From NCBI GenBank assembly GCA_965203905.1, contig CBDBDQ010000005.1:5776155-5840154 (forward strand): a stretch of DNA of 64,000 bases, read 5' to 3'. Below, in pieces: positions 9,940-18,459 of this stretch. Made by a program: the position numbers and the translations under genes. Origin of the DNA: Spirochaetia bacterium. GTDB taxonomy: Bacteria; Spirochaetota; Spirochaetia; SZUA-6; Bin103. The number at the start of each line of letters is the position of its first letter. Within the stretch, counting starts at the first letter, position 1. The notes below the pieces were generated by a model that was given only the letters and a program-made list of their open reading frames with translations, was not told the origin of the DNA and made no database searches.

Positions 9940-11082
9940 CTACAATCGATTCCTCCCCGGAAGCGGCGGGGTAGCCGGTATCCGTAACGTCCGGTAAATC
10001 TTGCGATGCTCCAACTCCGGCTGCGACGGCCGCCGCAGGCGGAGCACCGTCCCGTCCGTGCACTGGTGCACGATGGTCACCATTTGGTGGGTCGCCAACA
10101 GGTCGCGGATGGTCGGCCACGAGCGATAGTCGCCGTTCTCCTGCAAGCGCCGCTCGATGGCGTGCAGCAGATGGTAGGCCAGCAACGAGATGAAGATGTG
10201 CGCATCCACCCGCTCGCTGCGCTGATGAAACACCGGACGTATCCCCAGAGTGCTCTTCAGGTAGCGAAATGATCGTTCGATCCGGGTCAGCAGCACGTAC
10301 AGCTTCCACACCTCGGCTTCCGTCAGGTCGGTGCGATCGGTGCGCAGCAGATAGGTCCCGTCAAGCTCCTCGGCGAGTTGTTGCGCCGCATCCTTGCGGG
10401 CCCAGGTTACTTCCGCTCGGCCCTGCTCATCAGTGTGCAGCTGCAGCGTGTAGTAACGCGCTACGCGCGGATAGCGGCCCAATAGACGCCCGATTGCCCG
10501 GTTGATCTTCTCCGGCTGCTTCAGCCGGCCTGCTGCCACCCGCGTCTTGAGCTTCTCGGCATCCTCCTCCAACCGATGCTCGAACCGCTGCCGTATCGCG
10601 CGATCCTTGCTCGCCCGCGCGGCGCTGTGGCACAGCACGTACAACTCGCCCTGGTGCCGCCGCAACTGGCCGCAGACTACGACCTGCCCCTTCGCGTTCA
10701 CTTTCACCGGCACGTAGCGTGAGCTGTCAATCTCGGGAAACAACTCCTGGCGCTCGCTTTGTGGGGTGGTCACGATGTAGTGCTGGCCGCGCTGGCGCAG
10801 CAGTTCCAGGTTCTCGTCCGTAGCGATACCCCGATCCATGATCACCGTCGGTTGACTCGGCCAGCCGACGGCGCCTGTGGTGCGGCAGTCCAGGCTGGCG
10901 AGCATCCGTGCCATGCTGGTTTCGTCTTTGGTGTTGCCGGTGAATACTTCGTGCGCCTTGGGAAAGCCCTCGCCATCGAGCACCAGACCCACCACCACCT
11001 GCTTGCAGTCTGGTCGGTGATCCCGCGAGTAGCCATGCTCCGCCTTCTCGTTGCGCGCCGCGATGCCCTCGAAATAGGTGGA
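9940..11082 (-). pseudogene. IS1634-family transposase, C-terminal portion
   Basis: The frame upstream of the listed ORF reads ...SSTYFEGIAARNEKAEHGYSRDHRPDCKQVVVGLVLDGEGFP, the hallmark IS1634 block. It is cut off at about 11082. Confidence 0.8.
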
Positions 11083-13310
11083 AGAGACAACATGGAATCA
11101 AAAGGTCCGTTGCGATTTGATCGCGAGATCGCACGCCCGGTCAGGAACAGGAACTTGATATGATCGTTTACCAGCATTATTATATGAAACATGCAGCGCG
11201 CCACCCTGCAGCAACGCGCCGAGCGCTTGCAGGCCGCATACGAACTGTGCCGTCAGCACAGCGTGGCCGACGCGGTACGCTTGCTGGCCGCGCGTTTCGC
11301 CCTCTCTCCGGTGCAGGCGCGGCGCTACGTGCGCGCGGCACTCGATCTGAAGGCGCCGCCGGGACAAGCAGACACCAAGCTGCCGATCACCGTGCGCATC
11401 CCACGCCATCTGGTCGAGCAATTGCGGGCGCGGGCACGCGCGAGTGGTCGCAGCCTGGGTTCGCTGGTGGCGCAGGCGATCACCAATTTTCTCTCCGGCG
11501 GCAAGAACTGACCGCGGATGCCACGGTTCCGGTTACGGCACGTATTCGACCGGCTCGCCGCACAGCGCCTCGGGGAAGCCTATGAGCTCTTGGTCCCCGA
11601 ACGATCCTGGTCCACGCACGGAGGACACCAAGATGAACCGCACAGTCGCACCCACGCCGGAGACGGTGGCCGTGTACTTGAGAGTATCGAGCCAAGCCCA
11701 GCGCCACCGCGAGACGATCGCCAGTCAGCGTGAGGCGGTGCTGGAGCACGCCCGCAGCCGTGGTTGGAACATCCCCCACGAGCGCGTGTTCGCCGATGAC
11801 GGCTACAGCGGCGCGACGCTCGACCGTCCGGCGCTGGAAGCGTTACGCGACCTGGTTGCCAGCGGCGCGATCGCCACGATTCTGGCGTGGTCGGTCGACC
11901 GGCTGAGCCGCAACTTCGCCTACCAGATACTGCTGCAGGAAGAGTTCGCGCGCGCCGGGGCGCAGGTCGTGTTCGTCCAGGAGCCCGACGACGCCACGCC
12001 CCAGGGTATGCTGTTGCGGCAAATGCTGTCGGTGATCTCGGAGTATGAGCGAACCCAGATTGCCGAGCGCTCGCGGCGCGGCAAGCTGCACCGCGCCCGG
12101 CAGGGCTCACTGAACATGATCACGCGTGCGCCGTACGGGTACCGTCTGATCCCCAAGACCGAAACGTGCGGCGCTCGGCTCGAGATCGATGACGCCGAGG
12201 CGGACGTGGTGCGCCGGATCTATGACTGCTATCTGCGCGAGGGTCTGAAGATGAACGCCATCTCACGACGCCTCGATGCCGAAGGAATAAGACCGCGTCA
12301 CGCTGAGCGGTGGTCGACCTCGACCGTCGCGGTGATCCTGAGGAACGAGACCTACAGCGGGAAAGCAGCCTACTTGAAGACCACCAGCACCGGCCGGCGC
12401 ACGCGTCCCAACCGCACCGGACGCCAGCGGGCGGGTGCGGTACGGCGCCTGGTCGGACGCACCACGCGCCCGCGCGAGGAATGGATCAGTCTGGCGGTGC
12501 CCGCCATCCTGGATGAGACGACCTTCGCACGAGCGCAACAGCGGCGGGCGGACAACCGGCGCTTCTCGCCGCGCAAGACGGCGGTGTCGACCCTGCTGCA
12601 AGGGCTCTGCGTGTGTGCCGAGTGTGGCTACACCATCGGGCGGAATTCCGCCCAGACCAGTCGCAACAAGCCGCGGCGGCACTACTACCGCTGTCATGGC
12701 ATCGACAGTTGGCGGCGCGCGGAAGGAGCCGTGTGTGACAATCCTCCGGTCCGCGCCGACGAACTCGACGCAGCCGTTTGGAACGAAGTGCTCGCGCTGC
12801 TGGAGAATCCGCAGCTCATCCAGTCCGAAATCAACCGTCGGATCGCCGCCGCCAACGACACCACAACCGCCAGTCAGCGGATGCAGGTTCTGCGTGGCGA
12901 GTTGTCGCGCAACCAGAGCCAGCGTCGGCGCCTGCTGGATGCTTACCAAGCGGGCGTGGTGACGCTGGACGAGTTGCGGACACGAAATGCTCCACTACAA
13001 ACCCAGCAACGCTCGATGCTATCGGAGCTGAAAGCCTTGCAGACCTTCGAACTCGATCGTGAATCTCAGCTTACTCTTGCCGCGACGGTCGAACAGTTCC
13101 TCGGGCGCATGCGGGAGGGGGCGCAAGCACTGTCCCTTGCCGAGCGTCAGCGTGTCATCCGGCTACTGATTCGCGAGGTCAGGATTGGCAAGAAATCGGT
13201 TACGATATGCCATTCAATCCCGGTGAGCGGAGTATCTCCCGCGGGCTCAGATCGTTACGGTGGAGGATCTGCTCTAATGGCACCCGACCAAGGTGCACTT
13301 TTGATTCCAC
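11083..13310 (+). mobile_element. About 2.2-kb nested element (RHH protein + large serine recombinase) inserted inside the IS1634 transposase gene
   Basis: It interrupts the transposase between ...LYDLTTS and STYFEG... A 12-bp inverted repeat, TGGAATCAAAAG (11093-11104) / CTTTTGATTCCA (13298-13309), lies just inside both junctions. Boundaries are good to about 10 bp. Confidence 0.6.
11191..11511 (+). CDS. Ribbon-helix-helix (CopG-like) DNA-binding protein
   Basis: C-terminal KLPITVRIPRHLVEQLRARARASGRSLGSLVAQAITNFL is an RHH beta-alpha-alpha pattern. Confidence 0.6.
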   Translation: MQRATLQQRAERLQAAYELCRQHSVADAVRLLAARFALSPVQARRYVRAALDLKAPPGQADTKLPITVRIPRHLVEQLRARARASGRSLGSLVAQAITNFLSGGKN

Positions 13311-13777
13311 GATGTGGTAAGGTCGTAAAGGACGATCGTTTCATCGAGCGCGAACAGCTCTCGCTCGCGTGCTGCCAGCTCGGTTTCGATTGCCACCCGA
13401 TGCTCATACAACTGATCCGAGACCCGGTAGAGCGCATCCTTGGTCACACTCCTCATGCTACCGGGCATCAGCTCAGCAAGCGCCGTGCGTGCAAACCAGC
13501 CAACCGTGCCCAACTCGCTACGTGGCGCCAGCAGTCTGCCCACCACCTGGATCTCGGCCAACCGGCACTGCCGCGCAGAGAACCCGCAGCGCTGCAGGAT
13601 CTGGTCGCAGCGCAGATGCTCCCAGAACACGTGCGCGACGTACTCCGGGCCGAGTTCGCGCAGCAGCTCACTGCTGCTGCGCTCGGGATAGACCTCCTTG
13701 GCGGGCCCGTGTCCGTCCCGCTGAGCTTGCTGACGCTGCTGCTTGCTGCGGATGCGTTCGGCGAACGGAGCCGCTAG
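11633..13777 (+). CDS. Large serine recombinase; the ORF has no stop inside its own element and reads about 155 codons into antisense IS sequence
   Basis: ATG 11633 lies 9 nt after GGAGG. VAVYLRVSSQAQRHRETIASQREAV...AWSVDRLSRN (resolvase domain), recombinase domain, Cys-rich zinc ribbon (CVCAECGY...YYRCHG), coiled coil. Recombinase-like sequence ends near 13300. Confidence 0.85.
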   Translation: MNRTVAPTPETVAVYLRVSSQAQRHRETIASQREAVLEHARSRGWNIPHERVFADDGYSGATLDRPALEALRDLVASGAIATILAWSVDRLSRNFAYQILLQEEFARAGAQVVFVQEPDDATPQGMLLRQMLSVISEYERTQIAERSRRGKLHRARQGSLNMITRAPYGYRLIPKTETCGARLEIDDAEADVVRRIYDCYLREGLKMNAISRRLDAEGIRPRHAERWSTSTVAVILRNETYSGKAAYLKTTSTGRRTRPNRTGRQRAGAVRRLVGRTTRPREEWISLAVPAILDETTFARAQQRRADNRRFSPRKTAVSTLLQGLCVCAECGYTIGRNSAQTSRNKPRRHYYRCHGIDSWRRAEGAVCDNPPVRADELDAAVWNEVLALLENPQLIQSEINRRIAAANDTTTASQRMQVLRGELSRNQSQRRRLLDAYQAGVVTLDELRTRNAPLQTQQRSMLSELKALQTFELDRESQLTLAATVEQFLGRMREGAQALSLAERQRVIRLLIREVRIGKKSVTICHSIPVSGVSPAGSDRYGGGSALMAPDQGALLIPRCGKVVKDDRFIEREQLSLACCQLGFDCHPMLIQLIRDPVERILGHTPHATGHQLSKRRACKPANRAQLATWRQQSAHHLDLGQPALPRREPAALQDLVAAQMLPEHVRDVLRAEFAQQLTAAALGIDLLGGPVSVPLSLLTLLLAADAFGERSR

Positions 13778-14008
13778 TTGGTCCAGGTCAGAAGTCCCGA
13801 ACGGCACCCGTTCCTGGTGATTGAGGAGATCTTCGATGCGTTCGGCCAAGCGTGGCCACTCGGACTTCGGCAGATCCAGAGTGCCGAGGCTCAAGACCAG
13901 CCGCTGGCGTGGGCCTTTGTCGGTGCGAACCGACTCCAGCAGCCGGTGGTAAGTGTAGGAACGACCGTTACGGGAGACCTTGAGCTGGCCGATGAACACG
14001 TGCCGCAA
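13274..14008 (-). pseudogene. IS1634-family transposase, N-terminal portion
   Basis: MRHVFIGQLKVSRNGRSYTYHRLLESVRTDKGPRQR... ends ...ETIVLYDLTTS and then runs into foreign sequence. Confidence 0.8.
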
Positions 14009-14184
14009 AGATACTGCATCGGCTCGTGGCCGCCAAGAAGAATTATAACTAAGTTCGAGCCATCCATACGATTTATAACTACATCGGCAAAATCTCTCAA
14101 TTGCACCCTTCCAGCCGCCTCCTTTTCGCCTTTATCACCCCCGAAACTTGCTCGTTACGTCGAAATGTGCTCAAGTTGGGCTAG

Positions 14185-14307
14185 TAGCCGGCACTCCCGT
14201 TCAGCGGGGGCAAGGAGGATGGTCCGCCCTCGTTCGGTAAACCCTCGATTCAGTTGTACCGGATCGAGTTCTCGGAGCCCGTCTTCGCTCCGCTCCCATA
14301 ACGTCAT
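14185..14307 (-). pseudogene. McrC-like gene, first 41 codons (upstream of the IS insertion)
   Basis: ATG at 14307, 20 nt after the mcrB-like stop. MTLWERSEDGLRELDPVQLNRGF...ECRL ends exactly at the IS boundary. Confidence 0.55.
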
Positions 14308-14326
14308 CGACGGCCCGGGAACACGG

Positions 14327-16024
14327 CTACCGCCAGAAGCGGAAGCTGCCGGTCTCTTTCAGGTCCTGGATGAGCTCCGCGACCTTGTCGGCGCACCGTG
14401 TCAGGTTGCGTGCCTTCAGCACCTCCTGGCACTTCCCCAGCGCACCACGAGCGCGCGCGGAGTCGTCTCCCCGCAGCTTCGGCAGGACCTTCGCGTAGAT
14501 CACTCGGTCGAGCGCGTCACGCGTGGACAGTTCGGCGCTCTGCTCCTGCCGCAACTCCATGAACTGCAAGACTTCGGCGATAACCCGCCAGCCGAAGTGC
14601 AACCGAGCCGGGCTGAGCGCGTCCATCAGATCATTGAGAACCTCTCTGACATGCGTCCTGTCCGATGCTTCGATTTCGCACTTGTCCCAACCCGGCCATC
14701 GATCTACGTCGATGTCCCAGAACTCGAGCGTAAAGGCGCGGTCCAGGACCTTGTCCGAGATGCCCATGGTGGTTTCGTCCATGTTCACCGTGCCGATGAG
14801 GAAGGAGTTTCCGGGATAGCGGATGCTTGGTGGTACTCCGTCCTTGTTGCCGTCGCCGTCGTGGAGCGGTATGTCACCGTCGTCGCGCTCCATCGCACTG
14901 AGAATCGGCGCCAGGTACTGCTCGGGATGCGACAGGTTCATCTCGTCGAGCACACACACGTGCGGCTCGGTCGGATTCACGGACGCGCGAATCAGGAATT
15001 TCAGAAACTCCGGTTGGATGTATCCACCCTCCCCGAGCGGGTTGACGTAACCGAGCAGTGGCGTCGGGTCATACCAACCGGGCTGCACCGGGATGGTACA
15101 TACCTGCTCGTTCGACTCGCCGGTCGCTCCGGTCAACGCCTCCGCGTACTTCAGGGCGAGTTGGGTCTTGCCGGTTCCGGACAGGCCGGTGAGCACGCCG
15201 AAGTGCCGCCGCTCGTGCGCCCAGAGACCAAGGTGAAGCGCCTCTACCACTTCGGCATCGAACACCAAGTCGCCGTCGTTGCGGAGCGACTCGAAGTACT
15301 CCTTGACTCGGTCCAGCGGTCGCGGGGCAACCGTCTGCAACGGCTGCTCGGCCGAATTGCCAGCGGAGTTCGGTGGGCCTTGTTGCAGAAACCCGCGATA
15401 GACTGCTTCGGGCAGCATCATTCTTCGCGCCACAGCGTTCCAGTCGGAACGATCGGCCGCACCTAACGCCTCGTCAAGCCGCAGGATTATCTCGCGGTTC
15501 GCCCGTGCGGGATACTTTGCTGACCACTGTCTTTCTTCCATGGAATGGAGGAGGTCCTTGCGGTCTGGTGGCTTGACAAGGGTTGTGAAGTCATTCGGGA
15601 AGAGCGTGGCAAACACACGCGTCATTTTGTACGCTGGCGCGGATCGCTTATTGGTCGGGCCAACCGGGGGCATGTGCGGCCGTATGTCCTTCTTCATCTC
15701 ATTGTACGCGTTGTCGAGCTGACGTGCCCTTTCAGCTGAATCTTCCGGTAGAGGTGCTGTGGTCAACTCTAGAAAGCGCTGGCGAAAGTCGGGAGCCGCC
15801 AAGGCGTTCGTGACGTCGAAGGTGTCGTCAGTATCTATCTCGACTAGCGGGTTCTCCAGCCAGACAAGGTGCAGGAACTCTTCGCTACCCCGCTCTGCCT
15901 CCGGAGTCTTACTGATCCGCTCCAGGAAATCGGCGTTCCTGACAATCGATTCTGGATCAAGTCGGCGTTCCGCTTCGCGACACGCGTTCTGCAGCCCTTC
16001 CTTTGTGCTCAGGTCAAAACGCAA
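14327..16024 (-). CDS. McrB-like AAA+ (AAA_5) GTPase subunit of a type IV restriction system
   Basis: GLSGTGKTQLALKYAEAL Walker A, CVLDEMNLSHPEQYLAPILS, FLIGTVNMDETT. N-terminal about 250 aa of unknown specificity. Confidence 0.85.
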   Translation of the reverse strand: MRFDLSTKEGLQNACREAERRLDPESIVRNADFLERISKTPEAERGSEEFLHLVWLENPLVEIDTDDTFDVTNALAAPDFRQRFLELTTAPLPEDSAERARQLDNAYNEMKKDIRPHMPPVGPTNKRSAPAYKMTRVFATLFPNDFTTLVKPPDRKDLLHSMEERQWSAKYPARANREIILRLDEALGAADRSDWNAVARRMMLPEAVYRGFLQQGPPNSAGNSAEQPLQTVAPRPLDRVKEYFESLRNDGDLVFDAEVVEALHLGLWAHERRHFGVLTGLSGTGKTQLALKYAEALTGATGESNEQVCTIPVQPGWYDPTPLLGYVNPLGEGGYIQPEFLKFLIRASVNPTEPHVCVLDEMNLSHPEQYLAPILSAMERDDGDIPLHDGDGNKDGVPPSIRYPGNSFLIGTVNMDETTMGISDKVLDRAFTLEFWDIDVDRWPGWDKCEIEASDRTHVREVLNDLMDALSPARLHFGWRVIAEVLQFMELRQEQSAELSTRDALDRVIYAKVLPKLRGDDSARARGALGKCQEVLKARNLTRCADKVAELIQDLKETGSFRFWR

Positions 16025-16065
16025 CTCTTCGCCTCAGTTATTCGTCGCGCCGTCCATGTTGCATT

Positions 16066-16278
16066 TCAACGGTGCCAGCTTCGCTCGCTTCGAACACCTG
16101 CTCGCCACGGTCGATCCCGGCACCGGATCGTAATCCGAGCCGCCAGTCGTCGCCGGAAAGCTGCTCGAGTCACCCCTTGCAGCGCCAAGTCAACGGTGTC
16201 ATTGGCTCCCGAGGTTCCAAGCGCTTGCTGAGCTTGAGCGAGTTGATGTTTGTCGATTTCGAGTGATGTGCGTCTCAT
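16066..16278 (-). CDS. VapB-like (DUF2191-type) antitoxin, orphan
   Basis: MRRTSLEIDKHQLAQAQQALGTSGANDTVDLALQ matches the usual M-R-T-x-L-x-I-D-D-x-L-L N-terminus. The C-terminus looks atypical. Confidence 0.5.
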   Translation of the reverse strand: MRRTSLEIDKHQLAQAQQALGTSGANDTVDLALQGVTRAAFRRRLAARITIRCRDRPWRAGVRSERSWHR

Positions 16279-16324
16279 GGCCGAGATTCAGTATACAAGA
16301 ACCGCCGGAAGAACATCTGTTCGG

Positions 16325-16489
16325 TCAGCATGACACCACGGGCCGCGCATTTTCGAGGCGGAGACCCGCGATGCGGCCGAAGTGGCATGTGTTGGCGTTT
16401 ATGAGGGTCAGGAGTCACTCATTGGCGATCGCTGCGATGCTCAGGTCGGGCTCCGCAGGGCATGCCGGTATCGAACGGCCTGCCGTCAT
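16325..16489 (-). pseudogene. Remnant of a PIN-domain VapC toxin (internal deletion plus in-frame TGA)
   Basis: Own translation: MTAGRSIPACPAEPDLSIAAIANE*LLTLINANTCHFGRIAGLRLENARPVVSC*. The ATG overlaps the Phd stop (ATGA). Only the C-terminal PIN block (IAAIA...L.T.N..HF.RI.GL.LE) survives. Confidence 0.5.
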
Positions 16490-16782
16490 TCGAATCGAGG
16501 GGGCGGTCGGTCTGTCGCCTGATTGCGAGTGGCGTGCACTTCGCCCATTCGGTCGTCGAGATCGTGCCAGTCGGCGAGCGTGCCTGCTATGGCCGCCAAT
16601 CCGACGGGACGATCCGGGCGTGACGGACTCACTTCGTCCGGGGGAACGAGCGCCATCACCGGCGTACCGCGACGAGCAACGACAATCCGGTCGCCGGCAC
16701 CAACCCGAGCGACCCGCTCGCGGAAGTTTCGCTTGGCCTCGGTAACGCTATAGCGGGCGACTCGGTCGGTCATGTCATTCAA
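16486..16782 (-). CDS. Phd/YefM-family antitoxin
   Basis: YSVTEAKRNFRERVARVGAGDRIVVARRGTPVMALVP is the Phd/YefM N-terminal pattern. Confidence 0.7.
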   Translation of the reverse strand: MNDMTDRVARYSVTEAKRNFRERVARVGAGDRIVVARRGTPVMALVPPDEVSPSRPDRPVGLAAIAGTLADWHDLDDRMGEVHATRNQATDRPPPRFE

Positions 16783-16804
16783 TCTGCCGAATCATGGAAT
16801 TTCG

Positions 16805-18199
16805 TCAAGCCCTCGGCAGCACGGTGCGGAGTTGGTCGATGAAGCGCGGCAAGGCTTCCACGGCGTAGAGCGGCAGAGAGAGCAGTTGCAGGGTGACGGG
16901 TTGTAGGCCGTCGGCGGTGCGGATGGTATGACGGACGGTCTGCAGGCTCGGCGGGTTGGTGTCGAAGCGGACGGCAAGGGGCGGACGCTTCTCGTGGGCG
17001 AATTGCAGCAGCGACTTGAGCGAGCCGCTGCGGCCGGCCTTTACCTCGACGGGAACGATCCAGTCCCCGCGGGAGATCACGTAGTCGACCTCGGCGTTTC
17101 CCTTCCGCGCCTTACGCAGCCAGTAGTGCAGGACCGGGGGCCGCTCGCCCGCACCGAGGGCCGTCAACTCCTGGCCTACGTACTGCTCGGCAATGCCGCC
17201 TTCGTTTACCAGGCGGGCTCCATCCATGGCATCGACGGTAGGTACATCAACGCCGCACACGTGATTCATCAAGCCGACATCCATGAACAGAAGTTTGAAG
17301 GTGCGGTCGTCGACCGCGGCGCCGAGCGGCAGCCCCGAGCAGTGGCTGTGGAGGACGCGGTGGCAGAGCCGCGCCTTCACGAGCAGGTCGATCGCATCAC
17401 GTACCTCGCCTGCGCGTGACTCGTGGTCCAGGGTACGATATACGACCTTGCGGCCCACGGAGCCCGGAATGCTGCGAAAAAGGCGCTGCAGGCGAACGAG
17501 CTGGGAGTTTCTGGCGTACTTTGCGAAGTCATCCTCGTAGGTTTCCGCAATCGACCGGTGCACCGCCGCCACCTCGATCGGCGACCCGGCCGACTCGCCG
17601 TGGGCCAGCACCGCCTCCGGCAGTCCGCCTACCAGCAGGTACTCCCGGCAGCGCCGGAGCAAGCGGCGGTGCGCGGCTTCCGGGGGTGGTACGGCAAGCT
17701 CCAGCGCGGCGAGGTGCTCGGCCAGCCCGGGGTCCGCGGCCCGGAGGTACTCGGCTAATGACATCGGGCCCACGTGCAGGTATTCGATCCGGCCGACCGG
17801 CATGGAGAAGGAATGATCGGCGAGGACGAACTCCAACAGCGAACCCGCGGCGACAACCGGAAAATCGGGCCGATCTTCGTAGAGATAGCGCAGCGCCTGC
17901 AGCGCATGAGGTGCCGCCTGTACTTCGTCGAGGAACAGGATCGATCCTGCGAGCCGTACTCCGCCAACCGCCTCCAACTCGCGGGTGATTCGATCGGTGT
18001 CCAGGCTGCTGAACACGCCGTCGAGGTACAGGTTGCGTTCGAGGTTCACCTCGCACAGGTCCATGCCGGCGCCGGCGGCGAACTGTCGGACCAGGGCGGT
18101 CTTCCCCACCTGCCGCGCCCCGCGAAGCACGAGCGGTTTGCGTCGGCGGCGCGCCAGCCAGCGGCGCAGAATCTGTTCAGCGAACCTCTCCATCGCCAA
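16805..18199 (-). CDS. AAA+ ATPase with DUF4143-type C-terminal domain
   Basis: LVLRGARQVGKTALV Walker A, ILFLDEVQ Walker B. The 464-aa architecture is typical of AAA_14/DUF4143 proteins. Confidence 0.8.
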   Translation of the reverse strand: MAMERFAEQILRRWLARRRRKPLVLRGARQVGKTALVRQFAAGAGMDLCEVNLERNLYLDGVFSSLDTDRITRELEAVGGVRLAGSILFLDEVQAAPHALQALRYLYEDRPDFPVVAAGSLLEFVLADHSFSMPVGRIEYLHVGPMSLAEYLRAADPGLAEHLAALELAVPPPEAAHRRLLRRCREYLLVGGLPEAVLAHGESAGSPIEVAAVHRSIAETYEDDFAKYARNSQLVRLQRLFRSIPGSVGRKVVYRTLDHESRAGEVRDAIDLLVKARLCHRVLHSHCSGLPLGAAVDDRTFKLLFMDVGLMNHVCGVDVPTVDAMDGARLVNEGGIAEQYVGQELTALGAGERPPVLHYWLRKARKGNAEVDYVISRGDWIVPVEVKAGRSGSLKSLLQFAHEKRPPLAVRFDTNPPSLQTVRHTIRTADGLQPVTLQLLSLPLYAVEALPRFIDQLRTVLPRA

Positions 18200-18299
18200 G
18201 ACACGTCAATAATATCAAACTAACTAACAAAATAGACGTGTATTTTAGCACGACGCGTGACAAATGATTCCAGTGCCAGGCGTGGGCCGCGCGAGCCCG

Positions 18300-18395
18300 T
18301 GAGCGGGTCGCGGCGGATCCCTACCTCAGGGTGGTGGCGGTCGGTCCGCTGACCAACCTGGCGCTGGCCATCGCGCGCGACCCCGCCTGGGATGG
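18300..18395 (+). pseudogene. About 90-bp internal fragment of a nucleoside hydrolase paralog
   Basis: Reads ...LRVVAVGPLTNLALAIARDPAW. High nucleotide similarity by eye to 20171-20272 of the intact gene (LWVVAVGPLTNLALAIERDPAW). Confidence 0.55.
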
Positions 18396-18459
18396 GCCGG
18401 GAAGCGGCAACGGCCGCCGGGATGGCGGCCGCTGCCGGGTGCTCCCGGGAGGAAGGAGG

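Larger units (their letters stand above)
9872..14184 (-). mobile_element. IS1634-family insertion sequence (itself interrupted), inserted in the mcrC-like gene
   Basis: Imperfect terminal inverted repeats: CTAGCCCAAGTTGCGCACTTTCTGACGTAA at 9872 and TTACGTCGAAATGTGCTCAAGTTGGGCTAG ending at 14184. Split IS1634-type transposase inside. Confidence 0.75.

Noticed and set aside
13311-13777. C-terminal about 155 codons of the serine recombinase ORF as genuine coding sequence.
   Set aside because: This stretch is antisense to the IS1634 transposase N-terminal segment and lies beyond the element junction. It is read-through into flanking DNA, not a recombinase domain.
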